From contig JAAILG010001218.1 in assembly GCA_012026655.1 (NCBI GenBank), positions 1 through 64,000 of the forward strand: a DNA stretch of 64,000 nucleotides, written 5' to 3'. This stretch comes from Hydrolagus affinis (Eukaryota). Of this stretch, positions 1 through 12,425 are shown one piece after another. Made by a program: the position numbers and the translations under genes. The notes below the pieces were generated by a model, which did no database searches, had not been told where the DNA came from, and worked only from the letters and a program-made list of their open reading frames with translations. Each line of letters starts with the position of its first letter. Position 1 is the first letter of the stretch.

Positions 1-384
1 GGGCAAACTGGATGTTGAGAACCACAAGGTCGACAATTTCCCATCCTGTGGGCCCCCCAAATCTCTGCTGTTGTTGTGAAAAGCCTTCATACTTCAGTGT
101 GTGGGGGAGTGGGAGGAGGGGAGGCACTCCCCGTTCTGTGTAAAGGCAAACGGGGAAGTTTTACAGCTGGCTTTCGTTTGTCTCAACAGCTCTCCAACAT
201 AAGTGAGAAACACAGAAAAATAATGAGCTGCTCGTTATCTTATCTGCTTGCGAAAATCAAGCTGCTTCCCTCGTGCGCATTCCAACAGCTCTGCAAAGGG
301 AACATTGGCCTTCACAATATCCAACTCAGGCCCCACCACTATCAAGCTCTCAGAGACACATCCCTGCTTGAGGGGTGCTATATG

Positions 385-688
385 TATAATAATCCTTGCA
401 TTTGATGTAGTGCTTTTCACATCTTCTGGGGATCTCAAAGCGCTTCACAGAATATACTGTAAAGTGAAGTGACTGTATATTTGTGGGAGAAACGTGGCAG
501 CCAATTGCGCACAGCAGCGTCCCCCACAAACAGTCATGGATTGAACTGACCAATTTTATTATTATTTTGTTTGACGGATTATTAACAGGTGTGCGCAGTA
601 AGGAAACTTGCCCAAGGTTTGGCCTGGATTCAAACACAGGTCTCACGCTTGTAAGACGAGTGCTCTAACCACTGATCTACAGGACAAC
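385..688 (-). mobile_element. tRNA-derived Deu-domain SINE, short form, near full length
   Basis: tRNA-like head with A/B boxes, body GCTGTGCGCAATTGGCTGCC, tail ...CAAATGCAAGG(ATT)n shared with many copies in the window. Confidence 0.9.
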
Positions 689-980
689 GCAAGTTGTTCT
701 ATCCATGTCAATATCTACGCTGATTTTGCTTGAACTAATGGTGAGAATAACACTAATGAGAGCTCACTGATTCTCATGTCTACAAACTAGAGATGAGTGT
801 TTAGAACCAGTGCTTGTGGATTTACTCAGAGTGTAATGGGTGCCGATAATGGAAGAGAAGTAACTGCTACGTTGTGGCTTCTGAAAATACTGTTTCTGGG
901 TTTACTTTTTCCAGTTGCATCTAAAATATTAATGCTGTCCAGAAATCTTCCCACCTGGCCTGCCCTAGCTTCGAATCAAA

Positions 981-1245
981 TGCTTCTAGACGTCTCAAAG
1001 CGCTTCACAGAATATACTGCAAAGTGAAGTGACTGTATATTTGTGGGCAAAACGCGGCAGCCAATTGCATACAGCAGTGTCCCACCAACAATTGTAGATT
1101 GAAATGACGAATTTATTATTGCTTTATTTCGAAGGATTATTATCAGGCATGTGCAGTAGCGAAATTTGCCCATGGTTTCGCCCTGCTTGGAATTGAACTC
1201 TCTTGCTTGCAAAGGCGAGTGCTCTAACCACTGAGCTACAGTCCT
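981..1245 (-). mobile_element. Deu-SINE copy lacking the tail end
   Basis: Same family sequence as 385-688. Confidence 0.85.
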
Positions 1246-1490
1246 CAGAAATGCCTTAATTGCAAAATTGTTGGGTTCTGTAACATCTGAATATGTTCTA
1301 CTGACAGTATACAGTACTTCACTTTATGGCTGTTTGTTGGACGTTGCTGTGTGCACATTGTCTGCTGTGTCAGTCTTCAAAATCTAGTCACTAAACTTTA
1401 CAGGATATCCTGTCAAGTGCTTTGAGACACCCTCCCAAAGTGAAATGCTTTATATCAAAATGTAAGGATGATTACTATTAAAAATAACAT

Positions 1491-1851
1491 AGAATCCTGT
1501 AGCTCAGTGGTTAGACCACTCGCCTCACAACTGGGAGACCTGGATTTGATTCCCAACAGGGCGAAATTTTGTGCAAGTTTCCTTACTTCACATGCCTTTG
1601 TTTACCTAGCAATAAGTAGGAACCTGGTTGTTAGTGGATTGTTGGATCGTATTTTGGGGAGTTAATAATTCTTTTTAAAACACAATGATACTGCTGGGAC
1701 ACTGCTGTGCACAATTGTCCACCACGTTTCGCCCACAATGTATGCAGCCAATTCACTTTACAATATGTTCTGTGAAGCGCTTTGAGACATCTCGAATACA
1801 TAATAAAGCGCGATGTCAAATGTAAGGATTATTATTATTATTACTATAATA
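1491..1851 (+). mobile_element. Deu-SINE, long form with extra internal segment
   Basis: Head TCCTGTAGCTCAGTGGTTAGA, internal TGTTTACCTAGCAATAAGTAGGAACCTGG, (ATT)n tail. Confidence 0.85.
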
Positions 1852-3753
1852 AATGGGATGTGATGCAGACGGAGGGACACTCTAACCTGCGTCCTACTGG
1901 GTGTATAATGCCCCGAAGTCCATTTGTGAGAAATGACGTACATGTAATAGAATACAAATTACCCTTGTCTCCTAACTCATTTATACCTTTCGAATTCACA
2001 ATCCTTTCAGAGTGAGCAAAACCGTTTTGTCCACCACTGCAAATTCCTCCTCTCCAGCATCTGGGAAGCCAAGGCTACATCATTAGCCCAGCCAGGACTC
2101 TGCATTATATTTAACAATGTTCTCACACAGTTAACGGAGCGTCCGACCTGAATAAAACCTAACTGATCTGCTTTGATTATTTTAAGGGAAGTCTCCAGGT
2201 GCATATCAAGTAAGTACGTTTGGAAAGAAAAAAGTGGCCATAATTTGAAAGCAAAATTAGTCTGTGTGAGGAGTATGGCTTGTGATCTTTACCTTCCTTG
2301 GGAATTCGAGCTATTGATGTATCTTTTGAAGGCTCTTACATGGTCCCAGCGTCATTGCTCACCGAGGACTCAAACTGATTTACCAGCACGACACCACTTC
2401 TAAGGGAAGCTTTCTCTAACCCCTGTCTTACAGACTAAAGGTACGCAGCGCAGAGCAGAATTTTAAAACAAACAGTGGTTTGAGACTTCAATCACAAGCC
2501 AGCGGTCGCTCATCAAAAGTCAAGCAATCAGGAGTTTAATTTGCTACAATTTCCTGCCGCACAGTGTACATATTAATGTAGCACTAATGAAAATCAGTGG
2601 AAAGGCTTTGTTAGCTTTTTGTTTGGCACCGAAAGCGCCAGCAAAGCAGCAAGTTTTAAGTCGAGGAAATCGAGTCCCAGCTTCTTGGCGTCACCTAAAC
2701 CTGCTGCGTTTGGTTTGTTCCGGGCTTGTAATCTCTGCTCAATGAATATTTCAACAGTGTTTCTACTCGAGCACAGACAAAGGTGATGAATTCACCTCTC
2801 AATCGACAGAGGTCTTGTCATTTCTTTGCGTTTCTCGAATGCCTTCATTCTTCCACAGCGGATTAAAAAAATATTTTTGAGTGTTCGCCCACAGTATATA
2901 CAGTATATCCTGTGAAGCAGTTTCAGCCTTCTCGATATTGAATACAAGGATTATTATTATTATAATTCTCACATTTCAGATCTTTCTCATTAACTGGGCC
3001 TTTTCTCTGCAAGTACAAGCTCCCCACCCAATACCACTACCCAAAATATACAATAGCGACTCTCATTCATGCTTGATGCTTTCGTAAAATGCCAAATAAT
3101 ACATTTTTCCTGTTGACTTGAGAGACCTGTGTTCATGGATGGCTGGACAGAAGGATAGGATCGCAAAATAAATCCAGCTTCTGGCAGGCAGCCTGAAAGC
3201 GGAGGAACAAAAGGAGAAAAGCATAGAGAGGGAGACAGAGAAAGAGAGAGAGAGAGAAAGGGAGTGGGCAAGTGAGCATGTGAGCGACAGACAGAGAAAG
3301 AGAGAGAGAGGGAAAGGCAAATGTCAAAATCAGGCTAAGAAAATTTAAAAATGTGATAAAGACAAAAGGAACAGGAAGAAAAAAACAAATCAAAATGAGA
3401 TGCAAATATAGTCACAATTAGGCAAGAGGAATTTCCATCCAACTGGCAAAAGAACAGTTGTATTCATTTATATTATTAACAGGTGCCTGTTGCCAAATTG
3501 CTGGAGTTCCTTTGCTAATGATCTATTGACAATGTTTAAATGCACAATGATCTTCTGAGATTTCTTTGTCGAGGGTATACAAAAAATAAATAAAAAATAA
3601 ATCTATTTAATAATACAGTAGTAATAATCTTTGCATTTGATATTGTGCCAAATCGCGCCTTCGAGGTGTCTCAAAGCGCTTCACAGAATATACTGTAAAG
3701 TGAAGTGACTGTATATTATGTAGGCTATATAGAAGGATAGGATCAAAATGCAC

Positions 3754-4040
3754 GTGGAGTCCTATAGCTCAGTGGTTAGAGCACTCGCCTTGCAAGCAAG
3801 ACACCTGGGTCAGGCAATACCTTGGGCAAGTTTCCTTACTACGCACTCCTGATAATAATCCCTCAAAAAAAATGTGTCACTTCAATCCACGACCGTTTGT
3901 GGAACACTGCTTTGCATAATTGGCTGTTGCGTTTCACCCATATATAGACAGTCAATTCACTTTACAGTATATCCTGTGACGTGTTTTGGGGCATCTAGAA
4001 GACATGAAAAGCGCTCGATCAAATGCAAGGATTATTATCA
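3754..4040 (+). mobile_element. Deu-SINE short form, preceded by an inverted tail fragment (3620-3722)
   Basis: Family head and tail present. Confidence 0.85.
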
Positions 4041-5184
4041 AAATGAATGACAGAGGTGTAGGTAGACAGCTGTTCATAAAGCAGCAGGGGAAGAACATTT
4101 GTCTGTGATTGCAATTCCATTTAAAACTCCTTGTTCGCCCAACGTTTATTTTAAGGCGCCAGCATTGTTTCACTTTCATTGAATGGTGAAGACCCTGCCT
4201 CCTGCACAGCCCATGTGAAGCAAAATGACAAAACCCCATTTTGTGATTTGTGTTGGCGTCACTTCGACAGGCAATAAATAGAACATTTCTAATGCCCTTG
4301 AAATCATTATGAAAGCGCCATGCCCGGTAGAGCACCATGACATGAGCTGTAAATATTTTATACACGCTATAAAGCATTCAGTTTAATATACACACTCCTG
4401 TTCCTCGTTCTATGTAGGTGCCTCAGTAACAAAGAAACGGTTCAGTGGATTCATCATCCAGCAATCCAATTCCCCCACAACTACTCAGAAATCAACTGAT
4501 CTTAATAATGAATATTTATTATTCACCGGATAGACAATGGGGATTACGGGGTTAATTTTATTTCTAGGGTGTGTATGTGGGGGGAGGGGGGGCGGGGGAG
4601 AGGATGGAATCCAAATCTCAGCCATTTCTATTCCTGGGAACATAATTAAAGTCCTGGCAGAATGGATAGCTGAGTCTCCATTCAATTTATTGATTAGCCA
4701 TTCTCAGTAGTTCATTGCCATCGAAGGCTTGGTAATTGGGAGCCGTCCTCCATGCTTTCTGAGCACAGACCAGCTCCATGATGATTAAACACAGTCACAA
4801 CAGATCAGTCAATGTTTAGAGTCTTCCGCTAAGGTGGAGACATTCACACAGAATGAAGTGTGTCCTGGATATGCAGACTCTGAGAAAACATATTACCCGG
4901 CAGCGTTCGTTTGAAACTGATCATCATCATTACCTTCGTCTTCTAACCTCTTCTTTACCTTTCCAAAAAGTCGTCTCTTTCTCTCCGACTGTCGACTGCA
5001 TTATCTTGCTAATATTTACTTCTGTTTTAGAGGGTTTCATTCGCCATATTTCTCAACTGGATTTGTGAACGTGATTTACATAATGTGAGTTATGTAAATA
5101 GCAACCAGAACTACATCCCACTGACCAGTGGCAATTCTGGGCTCTGTGCAATCATCATCCAGTAAGACATTCCAGTAGGTGATC

Positions 5185-5870
5185 AGGGTCCTGTAGTTCA
5201 ATTGCTAGAGCACTCGATTCGCCAGCGAGTGGACCCAGGTTTGATTCCCGGCCAGGGCGAGACCTCAGGTAAGTTTCCGTACTCCACACGCCACTGTTTA
5301 CCAAAGCAGTAAATAGGAACCTGGATGTTGGTCAATTGGCGGATAACTTTCCAGAGAAATTAATACCTTAAAGAATAATAATAATTTGGTCACTCAATCC
5401 GAGATTGTTGTGTGGAATTGGTTGCTGAGTTTCACTCCAAAAATATGCAGTCAATTCACTTTACAGGATATTCTGTGAGGCACTTTCAGAGGTTTCAACA
5501 CTGTGATAAGGCGTTATTTTGTGGAGACCTACAGCTCAGTGGTTAGAGCACTTGCCTTGCAAGCGAGAGACCTGGGTTTGATTCCAGGCAGGGTGAAATC
5601 CTGGGCAAGTTTCCTTACTCCACACGCCTGATAATAATCCCTCAAAAAAAAAAACAATAACAATTTGGTCACTCAAACCATGATTGTTTGTGGGACATTG
5701 CTGCATGCAATTGGTTGTCGCGTTTCAACCACAATATACAGTCAATTCACTTTGAAGTATATTCTGTGAAGTGCTCTGAGATGCCTAGAAGACGTGAGAA
5801 ACTCTGTACCAAATGCAAGGATTATTATTATGATATCAAATGCAAGGATTATGATTATTAATTATTATTA
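5185..5870 (+). mobile_element. Long-form SINE with a short-form SINE (5521-5830) nested in its tail
   Basis: Outer tail is split as GCGTTAT...ATCAAATGCAAGG, and two AAATGCAAGG(ATT)n ends occur in succession. Confidence 0.85.
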
Positions 5871-6452
5871 TCCAACAGAATTCCTTATTAAGACTTACTG
5901 CAGTGGGATCCGCATATTATTTAATACTGCAAACACACATGTTGCGTTATTACCTAATACAGGTACATTAAATATTTTCTGTTTATCTAAGGCCGAATTT
6001 GACGTGAAAACAAGAAAACTATGAACAGTTAAAAGGTAGTCGTGAATTTGTTTTACAACCAAGCACGTGTGACATTCATCACTTTCATCCGTTATTCTCC
6101 CGAAAATGGTTCATTCGTAACCTTTCGGTTGGCCTCAAAAGAGTGAAACAGCGATGGGAACGTGGTCCGGAAGTAGAGTTGGAAACCGGAAAGTGTGAAA
6201 CGGTCATAAATCAAAGGAAATGGTTTTGTGCGTTTGCAAAAGAATGTCACCCTTCGTTTCAAGGCCGAGTTCCTTCCTTAACAGAAACACTAATCTGTGG
6301 TTAACTATTCAACTACCAAAAGCTAAACAAGATAGGACTTGGAAACACAAGCCAATAAATTGGTCAAATCCTTTGAACTTTGCCCATCAAGTTGCAGCGA
6401 TAAAGAACATAGTCTCCCGAGTGCTCAATGTGCTTAACATTGACGAGAGCTC

Positions 6453-6487
<35 letters not shown>

Positions 6488-6555
6488 AAAATCACATTTG
6501 TACAGCACCTTCCATTTCGGGAGGACATCCCAAGGTGCTGGACAGACAGTGTTTC
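6453..6555 (-). mobile_element. L2 LINE 3' tail with (TTG)n terminal repeat
   Basis: (CAA)n followed by the reverse complement of the tail shared with longer L2 fragments in the window. Confidence 0.8.
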
Positions 6556-6790
6556 ACAAGATCACGAGAGAAATTCAAATGAATTAACCATTCGACCCAC
6601 TTGATCTTTTCCTTCCAATATATCCAAACTATTGTCTTCCCATCGCAGTGTCAAGCTTTGTCTTAAAACTGAGTCCAGTGTCCTGAATTGTTCTACTTGT
6701 CCCAATAATGAATGAGTAGAGAAATACTTCACGGTGCTTTAAACACCTTAGGCACAAAAGATGCCTGGTTGCATCCGTTTTGTATTCATT

Positions 6791-7115
6791 GTGGAGTCCT
6801 GTAGCTTAGTGGTTAGAGCACCCACCTTGCAAGCGAGAGACCCGGGTTCAATTCCGAGCAGGGCAAAATATTGGGGAAGTTTTCTTACTCCACACGCCTA
6901 AAAATAACCCCTTAAAAAAAACAATAATAAATTGGTCATTGCAATCCACGACTATTTGTGGGGACGCTGCTGTGCACAATTGGCTGCCGCATTTCACCCA
7001 CAAATATACAGTCAATTCACTTTACAGTATATTCTGTGAAGCGCTTTAAGACGTCTAGAAGACGTGAAAAACGCTATATCAAATGCAAGGATTACTATCA
7101 TTATTATCATCATTA
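6791..7115 (+). mobile_element. Deu-SINE short form, full length
   Basis: Complete head to (ATT)n tail. Confidence 0.9.
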
Positions 7116-7317
7116 CATATTTCTCATACTATTCCATTGGATGATAAAAAGATGATAAAAAGGATTCTTGCCTAGATATCTCCATTGCCGTAAATAACAC
7201 TGATCCTAGCGAAATAATGCATAGCTGACATCTCACAATCATAATTTGTGTCCAAACATCTGATGTTCTGCAAGCAGTGATGAATTAGTGCAATTGTAAT
7301 GTAAGCAGTCTGTATTA

Positions 7318-7602
7318 TATAATAATAATCCTTGCATTTGATATAGTGCTTTTTCACATCTTATCGACGTCTCAAAGCGCTTCACCGAATATACTGTAAA
7401 GTGAATTGACTGTATATATTTGTGGGCAAAACACAGCAGCCAATTGTGCACAGCGGCGTCCCCACAAACAGTCGTGAATTGAAATAAGCCATTTTTATTA
7501 TTGTGTTTTTTTTTGAGGGATTATTATTAGGCGTGTGGAGCAAGGAAACTTGCCCAAGGTTTCGCCCTGACCTGCCTGGATTCGAACACAGGTCTCACGC
7601 TT
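7318..7602 (-). mobile_element. Deu-SINE, 5'-truncated, inverted relative to 6791-7115
   Basis: Family sequence. Confidence 0.9.
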
Positions 7603-10600
7603 ATATGTTGGATGGAGTGGTGGGGGGAGAGGGACAGACAGATCAAAGCCTAGTTCCATGCCAATATAGCCAAGCATTTGATTATCATGAAATTTTAGGA
7701 ATGTCGGTGTACAGTGCAACCAAATTAATCAAAGGGCAATATTTGAAATGACTCTAATGTGACATTGTCAGAGATTTGCCACAAAGGTCCCTCTTCCTCC
7801 TTGACTTGCTTTCCAATTGAAGTGCACACACGATGGTGTGTCGTCGGCGGTTAGCGAGGCTCGGTTTCAATTACGGTTTGCAAGTGGACACAGAGATTGT
7901 TAAGATTCCTTGTGTATACGGGTGAGGGTTTCCATTGAAACAGAATACAATCTCTGTATGTTCCTGAACACGAGGTTTTTTTGCAGTCTTTACTTGAGCC
8001 CACTCGTGCAGAATTGGGGGAATGTATGTAGATTCCATTCTCTTAAAAGCGGAAATTCAATCGGATTCGAATGTGGTGAGCTATAAACCGTGCGTTACGA
8101 AAAACAAATAGGCAGATACCACTGATTAAATCAACCCCATTAAAAGCCGGTTGTTTAGCTCTTGAATTAAATTGTCGCTCACGTTGTGAACCTTGTACAC
8201 AGAATTATTACTTCGAACACTGGCAAGTGTAACACCTTAGCAGATGGTGTCAAGCAGCTCTTTCACTGCCTGTATCATAACACAACAACATTCCTCCTTA
8301 TTGAAATTTACTCTGCGATAATTTCCCCCCCTCCCCACTCCACCCGTTTAGAAATCTCTTTTCAAAAATGTTTTCAACAACAACGAGCTGCATTTATACA
8401 GCTTCCTCCATGCCAGACTTGCTGTGATCTCTGGGTGGGTGGGGGAGCAATACCTATTCAGTACGCCAACCTTACACTGGAATAAAATTATTCTCCAAAC
8501 TGGTTAAAAAAAGTAAGTAAATAAACGGCCCGCCTGCTAATCAAGTTAATGGCAAATTCATGAGTTATTTACAGTGGAAGGTTGTGGGTTCAAGCTCCAA
8601 ATTGGTACTTTGAGCTCATAGTCTAGACTGACAATTCCACTGCGGTGCTGTATGTATCTATTTCATTGCAAGAGAAAACACTGACGCTAATGCACAATGG
8701 GTCAAATGGCCTTCCTCCTGTGCTGTGGAGTTTGGTGGTTCTGTACGGAACAAGGAAAGAATCACAGTGGGGGGGGAGGAAAAATCCATAATGTTAACAT
8801 CAATGAATCTCTGCGGAATTTTTAAAAAAAGATTAAACTTTTTCTTGAAAAAAAACGCTGCTCTCTATTTGCACGTGAATAATGTTCATTTTCGGTTCAA
8901 ACTCAAAGCGAGAATTGTGAACGTGAGTAGCTCTGTAGCCTGCTCCGTATTTCTGCTCTTTCAAAGCAAATGAATTTTACAGCTAACCAACCTGAAAATG
9001 CACACATTTATCACAGCTTAATTATGAAAGGTTTGTGCTGCACTAAACTCTTCTGTGCACTTAGCCTAGAAAGAGTTAACAAACCAATAAATCCTTGTTA
9101 ACAGATGTCCCCGCGGAATTGAAAATGAGGTTTGATATCAATTTGACCCGCGGCATAATGGTGGGAAGTCCTAGTCAAGCAGTTTCGAAAATACAAAGAG
9201 CAGCAGATTGGAAAAGAAAGAAGTCATTTTAAGATGTCAAACGCTAAAAAGAAGAACAGGCAATAGTACTAGGTTAATTTTACTCTATTGTTTGCCTAGT
9301 TTTGCAAATCGTCTTGGCTGACAATAGCTATGTGTACCACCACAGCTGTGTGTTCACCAGTCAATCTCATTTCTAATTCAGTGCAAAAGATCAGTAACGA
9401 CTGCAGGCCAAGGCTAGAGTGTAAAGTTAATCAATACACACCTTTTACAGCTAAAATGGTTTTGAGCATTAGTAGGCGAGCGTTCTCTGAATAGGTGATT
9501 TGTTATAGAGAAATGCCAATATCTGTGACAAAATAACTAAGTCAAGTCTCTTGGATACGTAAATTAACAAAATTGCAACGGCACAGAGCGACTTAGAGAC
9601 GAACTTAATGTCAGAAGTAATACTGAATGTTTTCTGGCAATCAATAAAATTTCGTTTTATTGAGCGCCACACTGTCAGAGATCAGCAGCAGCCCAATCCA
9701 TAAATTCAAAGCACAAAAACAAACAGGAACATTTAAAATACGTTGGATTGATCTTGCAAGTGGGATAGAGTATTTGTGGGAAACACCTCGCAGAATGTAT
9801 TGCGTACAAAATTTATTCTAAACTGGAATATGGGATATTAAAACTTGTGGAATTTTTTTTTTTTTTTTAAATTACACATCATATAATATCTTATTGATGT
9901 TATTTATGATATATGATTAATATTAGTGTATAAATAATATATATTGAAAAGGGTGTTTCATTGTTAGGGCTCTAACATGAATTGTGTATAAACAAAAACA
10001 CAGAAGGCTGCTTCGCAGAGGATAATAGCGAAAATGATTGGATTTCTGAATTAAACAAATGGTTTCAATCACCGGGCGTACGTCAGTGATGTCAGGCTAG
10101 CTCGAGGTCAACAAGTTCTAAACAGAGAATGAGCAGGAACTGTGCTTCATTACACAACTACAGTTACTTTTTAAATTGTTAATAATAATAATAATCCTTA
10201 CATTGGGTATCGCGACTTTTGCATCTGAAGGCGGTCTCAATGTGCTTCACATGACAAACTATATAGTGTGTGTTTCATGGGTCAAATTGCACAAGCAATG
10301 TCCCACAAACAGCCATGAAGTGGATGATCTATTTTATTTGGGAGTTCGTTGACCAGGAGAGCAGAAGAAATTCACTTTTGTTTGCAAATAGTGCCATGGG
10401 ATCGTTTTATCGTGTTTTATCGAGTGCTTCATTCAGAAATCCAATTTAACAAGTATCGGAAAAGCCGCCCTCAACTCTGGGTGTGGACAGTACCAGATTT
10501 GCCGAAACTAATTGAAACGCAGCTTCACGCCTCATTAAATAATTAATCTACAATAATTTTGCTCAACTCCTGCAAGAATCGCGGGCGGAAAATTATTGCG

Positions 10601-12086
10601 GAGTTGAAGAACGCTTTGCGTGTTTTGCGTTGCAAGAGTCAACAGATTTTGCTACTGCCTTACAAAAAAGGAAAAGGAGCATAACTGGAATGCAATCCCC
10701 AAGTAGCTGGCCGATATTTAACTTGGTGAATGGTGCATGCAGTATTTGCCCCCAAAACACACAGTCACTTTGTGATGTCCTATGAAACACTTTAAGACAG
10801 CCTTCCAACGGTAATACCAAATGCAAATGTTAATAACTACTAGGTAATCAGGCAATCTTTTCAGGAGACGGGCTGAAACAAGGTACGATCAAAAAATTGG
10901 CAGCGTTTCTCGTGCGTTAGAAACCGAGAGGAAAAAAACGCCCTCTTCTGCCAGAAGCTGTCAGGATTCGCTGTCCTCAGCCTTGCCCAATTAAGATTTG
11001 AAATGCAGCCACAACTTTCTGTATTGCCGTCTGCCTGTGAAGAATGGCTGTCACTCCTCTCAACGGCTGCCAGGCAGAGTTTAAATATTCACATGTGACA
11101 ATTAATGGTACACGGACTGGGCTGGGTGGGGGTTGGGAGGAAGAACAATGTGCGGTAATAGGTCTGATTCTCACAGTAACCTGCTATTGCCAAGCCACAG
11201 CAACCCCAGGCTATTGCCTAATGGATAGTTTAAATATGCACTCTTCTCATTTGGTTCCTCGGAGACTATTTATTCTCACAAAACTTTCTGCAGGAAAGAG
11301 AGATGTCGGACTCATCACCTTCCCCACGACTGTCAGCAATGTTTCTTTACCAGCCCCCACCAGTAAGAGGCAACGTTGCAAGATTTGAACAGCCAGACCA
11401 GTAAACTGGGTGCACAAAAAAAGGTCGAATTTCACTTGCGTTCAGTCTTCACAATTATTTTTAAGAGCACGGACAAATAGTCATGATTTCATTGCTTTGA
11501 AAACCCCAAATAGTCTGACATATTTATTATAATAATCCTTGCATTTGATATAGCTCCTTATCACTTCTTTGAGGTGTCTCAAAGCGCTTCACAGAGTATA
11601 CTCTAAAGCAAATTGACTGTATATTTCTGGTTTTATATAGAAATGTTTGCAGGAATCCCGATTCAACGTTCTCTGTTCCAGTGAAGTGATTACCCCACAC
11701 ACCAATTACCGGTATCCTGTGCAACACAGTGGATCCTCGATGATCTAAGAGTATTAATCCATCTCACGTAATATCTGTCGTGTTTTTCTCACCTCCCGGC
11801 TCTGTCCATCTCTCAGACCCCAGAAACCCAGTCGGGAAACAAGCGGAGGAAAATCGCAGTAGAATTTTTAGACGAGTGACTGAATCCAACAGGCATAAAA
11901 TGATCTGGCATTTAATCTCTCGGGGACATTTCAAAAAAGAACGTAGTGAGATAGATGTACACTTTTTAAATTTGAGTTGCTGTGTGTGAAGAAATTAACT
12001 TGGATTCTAAGCTATTTGCGACGCCAATGATTGCCTAACTCACAATGAGGTAAAATATGCCATCCATGTGTTTTTTCAACTGTGTT

Positions 12087-12425
12087 AGGACTCCTAGATT
12101 CAATGGTTAGAGGACTTGCCTCACAAGCTGGAAGACCTGGGCTCGATACCTGGCAAGGCGAAATGTTGGGCAAGTTTCCTTACTCCACATGCTTCTGTAT
12201 AACTAGCAGTAAATAGGAATCCAGTTGTGAATCGATTGGAAGATTGCTTTTCCGGGGGTAATAATCCCACAAAAAATTAACCATTTGCTCACTCAATCCA
12301 CACCTGTCTGTGGGATACTACTATGCACAATTGGCTGCCACATTTGGTTCACAAAATATATAGTCAATTCATTTTACAATAAAGTGCTTAACTGTCAAGA
12401 AATGCCAGGATTAGTATTATTATCA
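12087..12425 (+). mobile_element. Deu-SINE long form, diverged
   Basis: Head, internal CTAGCAGTAAATAGGAA segment, degenerate tail. Confidence 0.8.

Noticed and set aside
2293-2399. Possible minus-strand exon (cccttag|...GAAG|gtaaag)
   Set aside because: Weak pyrimidine tract and an early stop in phase 0; indistinguishable from chance.
6220-6489. PolyQ-ending ORF
   Set aside because: The Q run is the (CAA)n reverse complement of an L2 tail.
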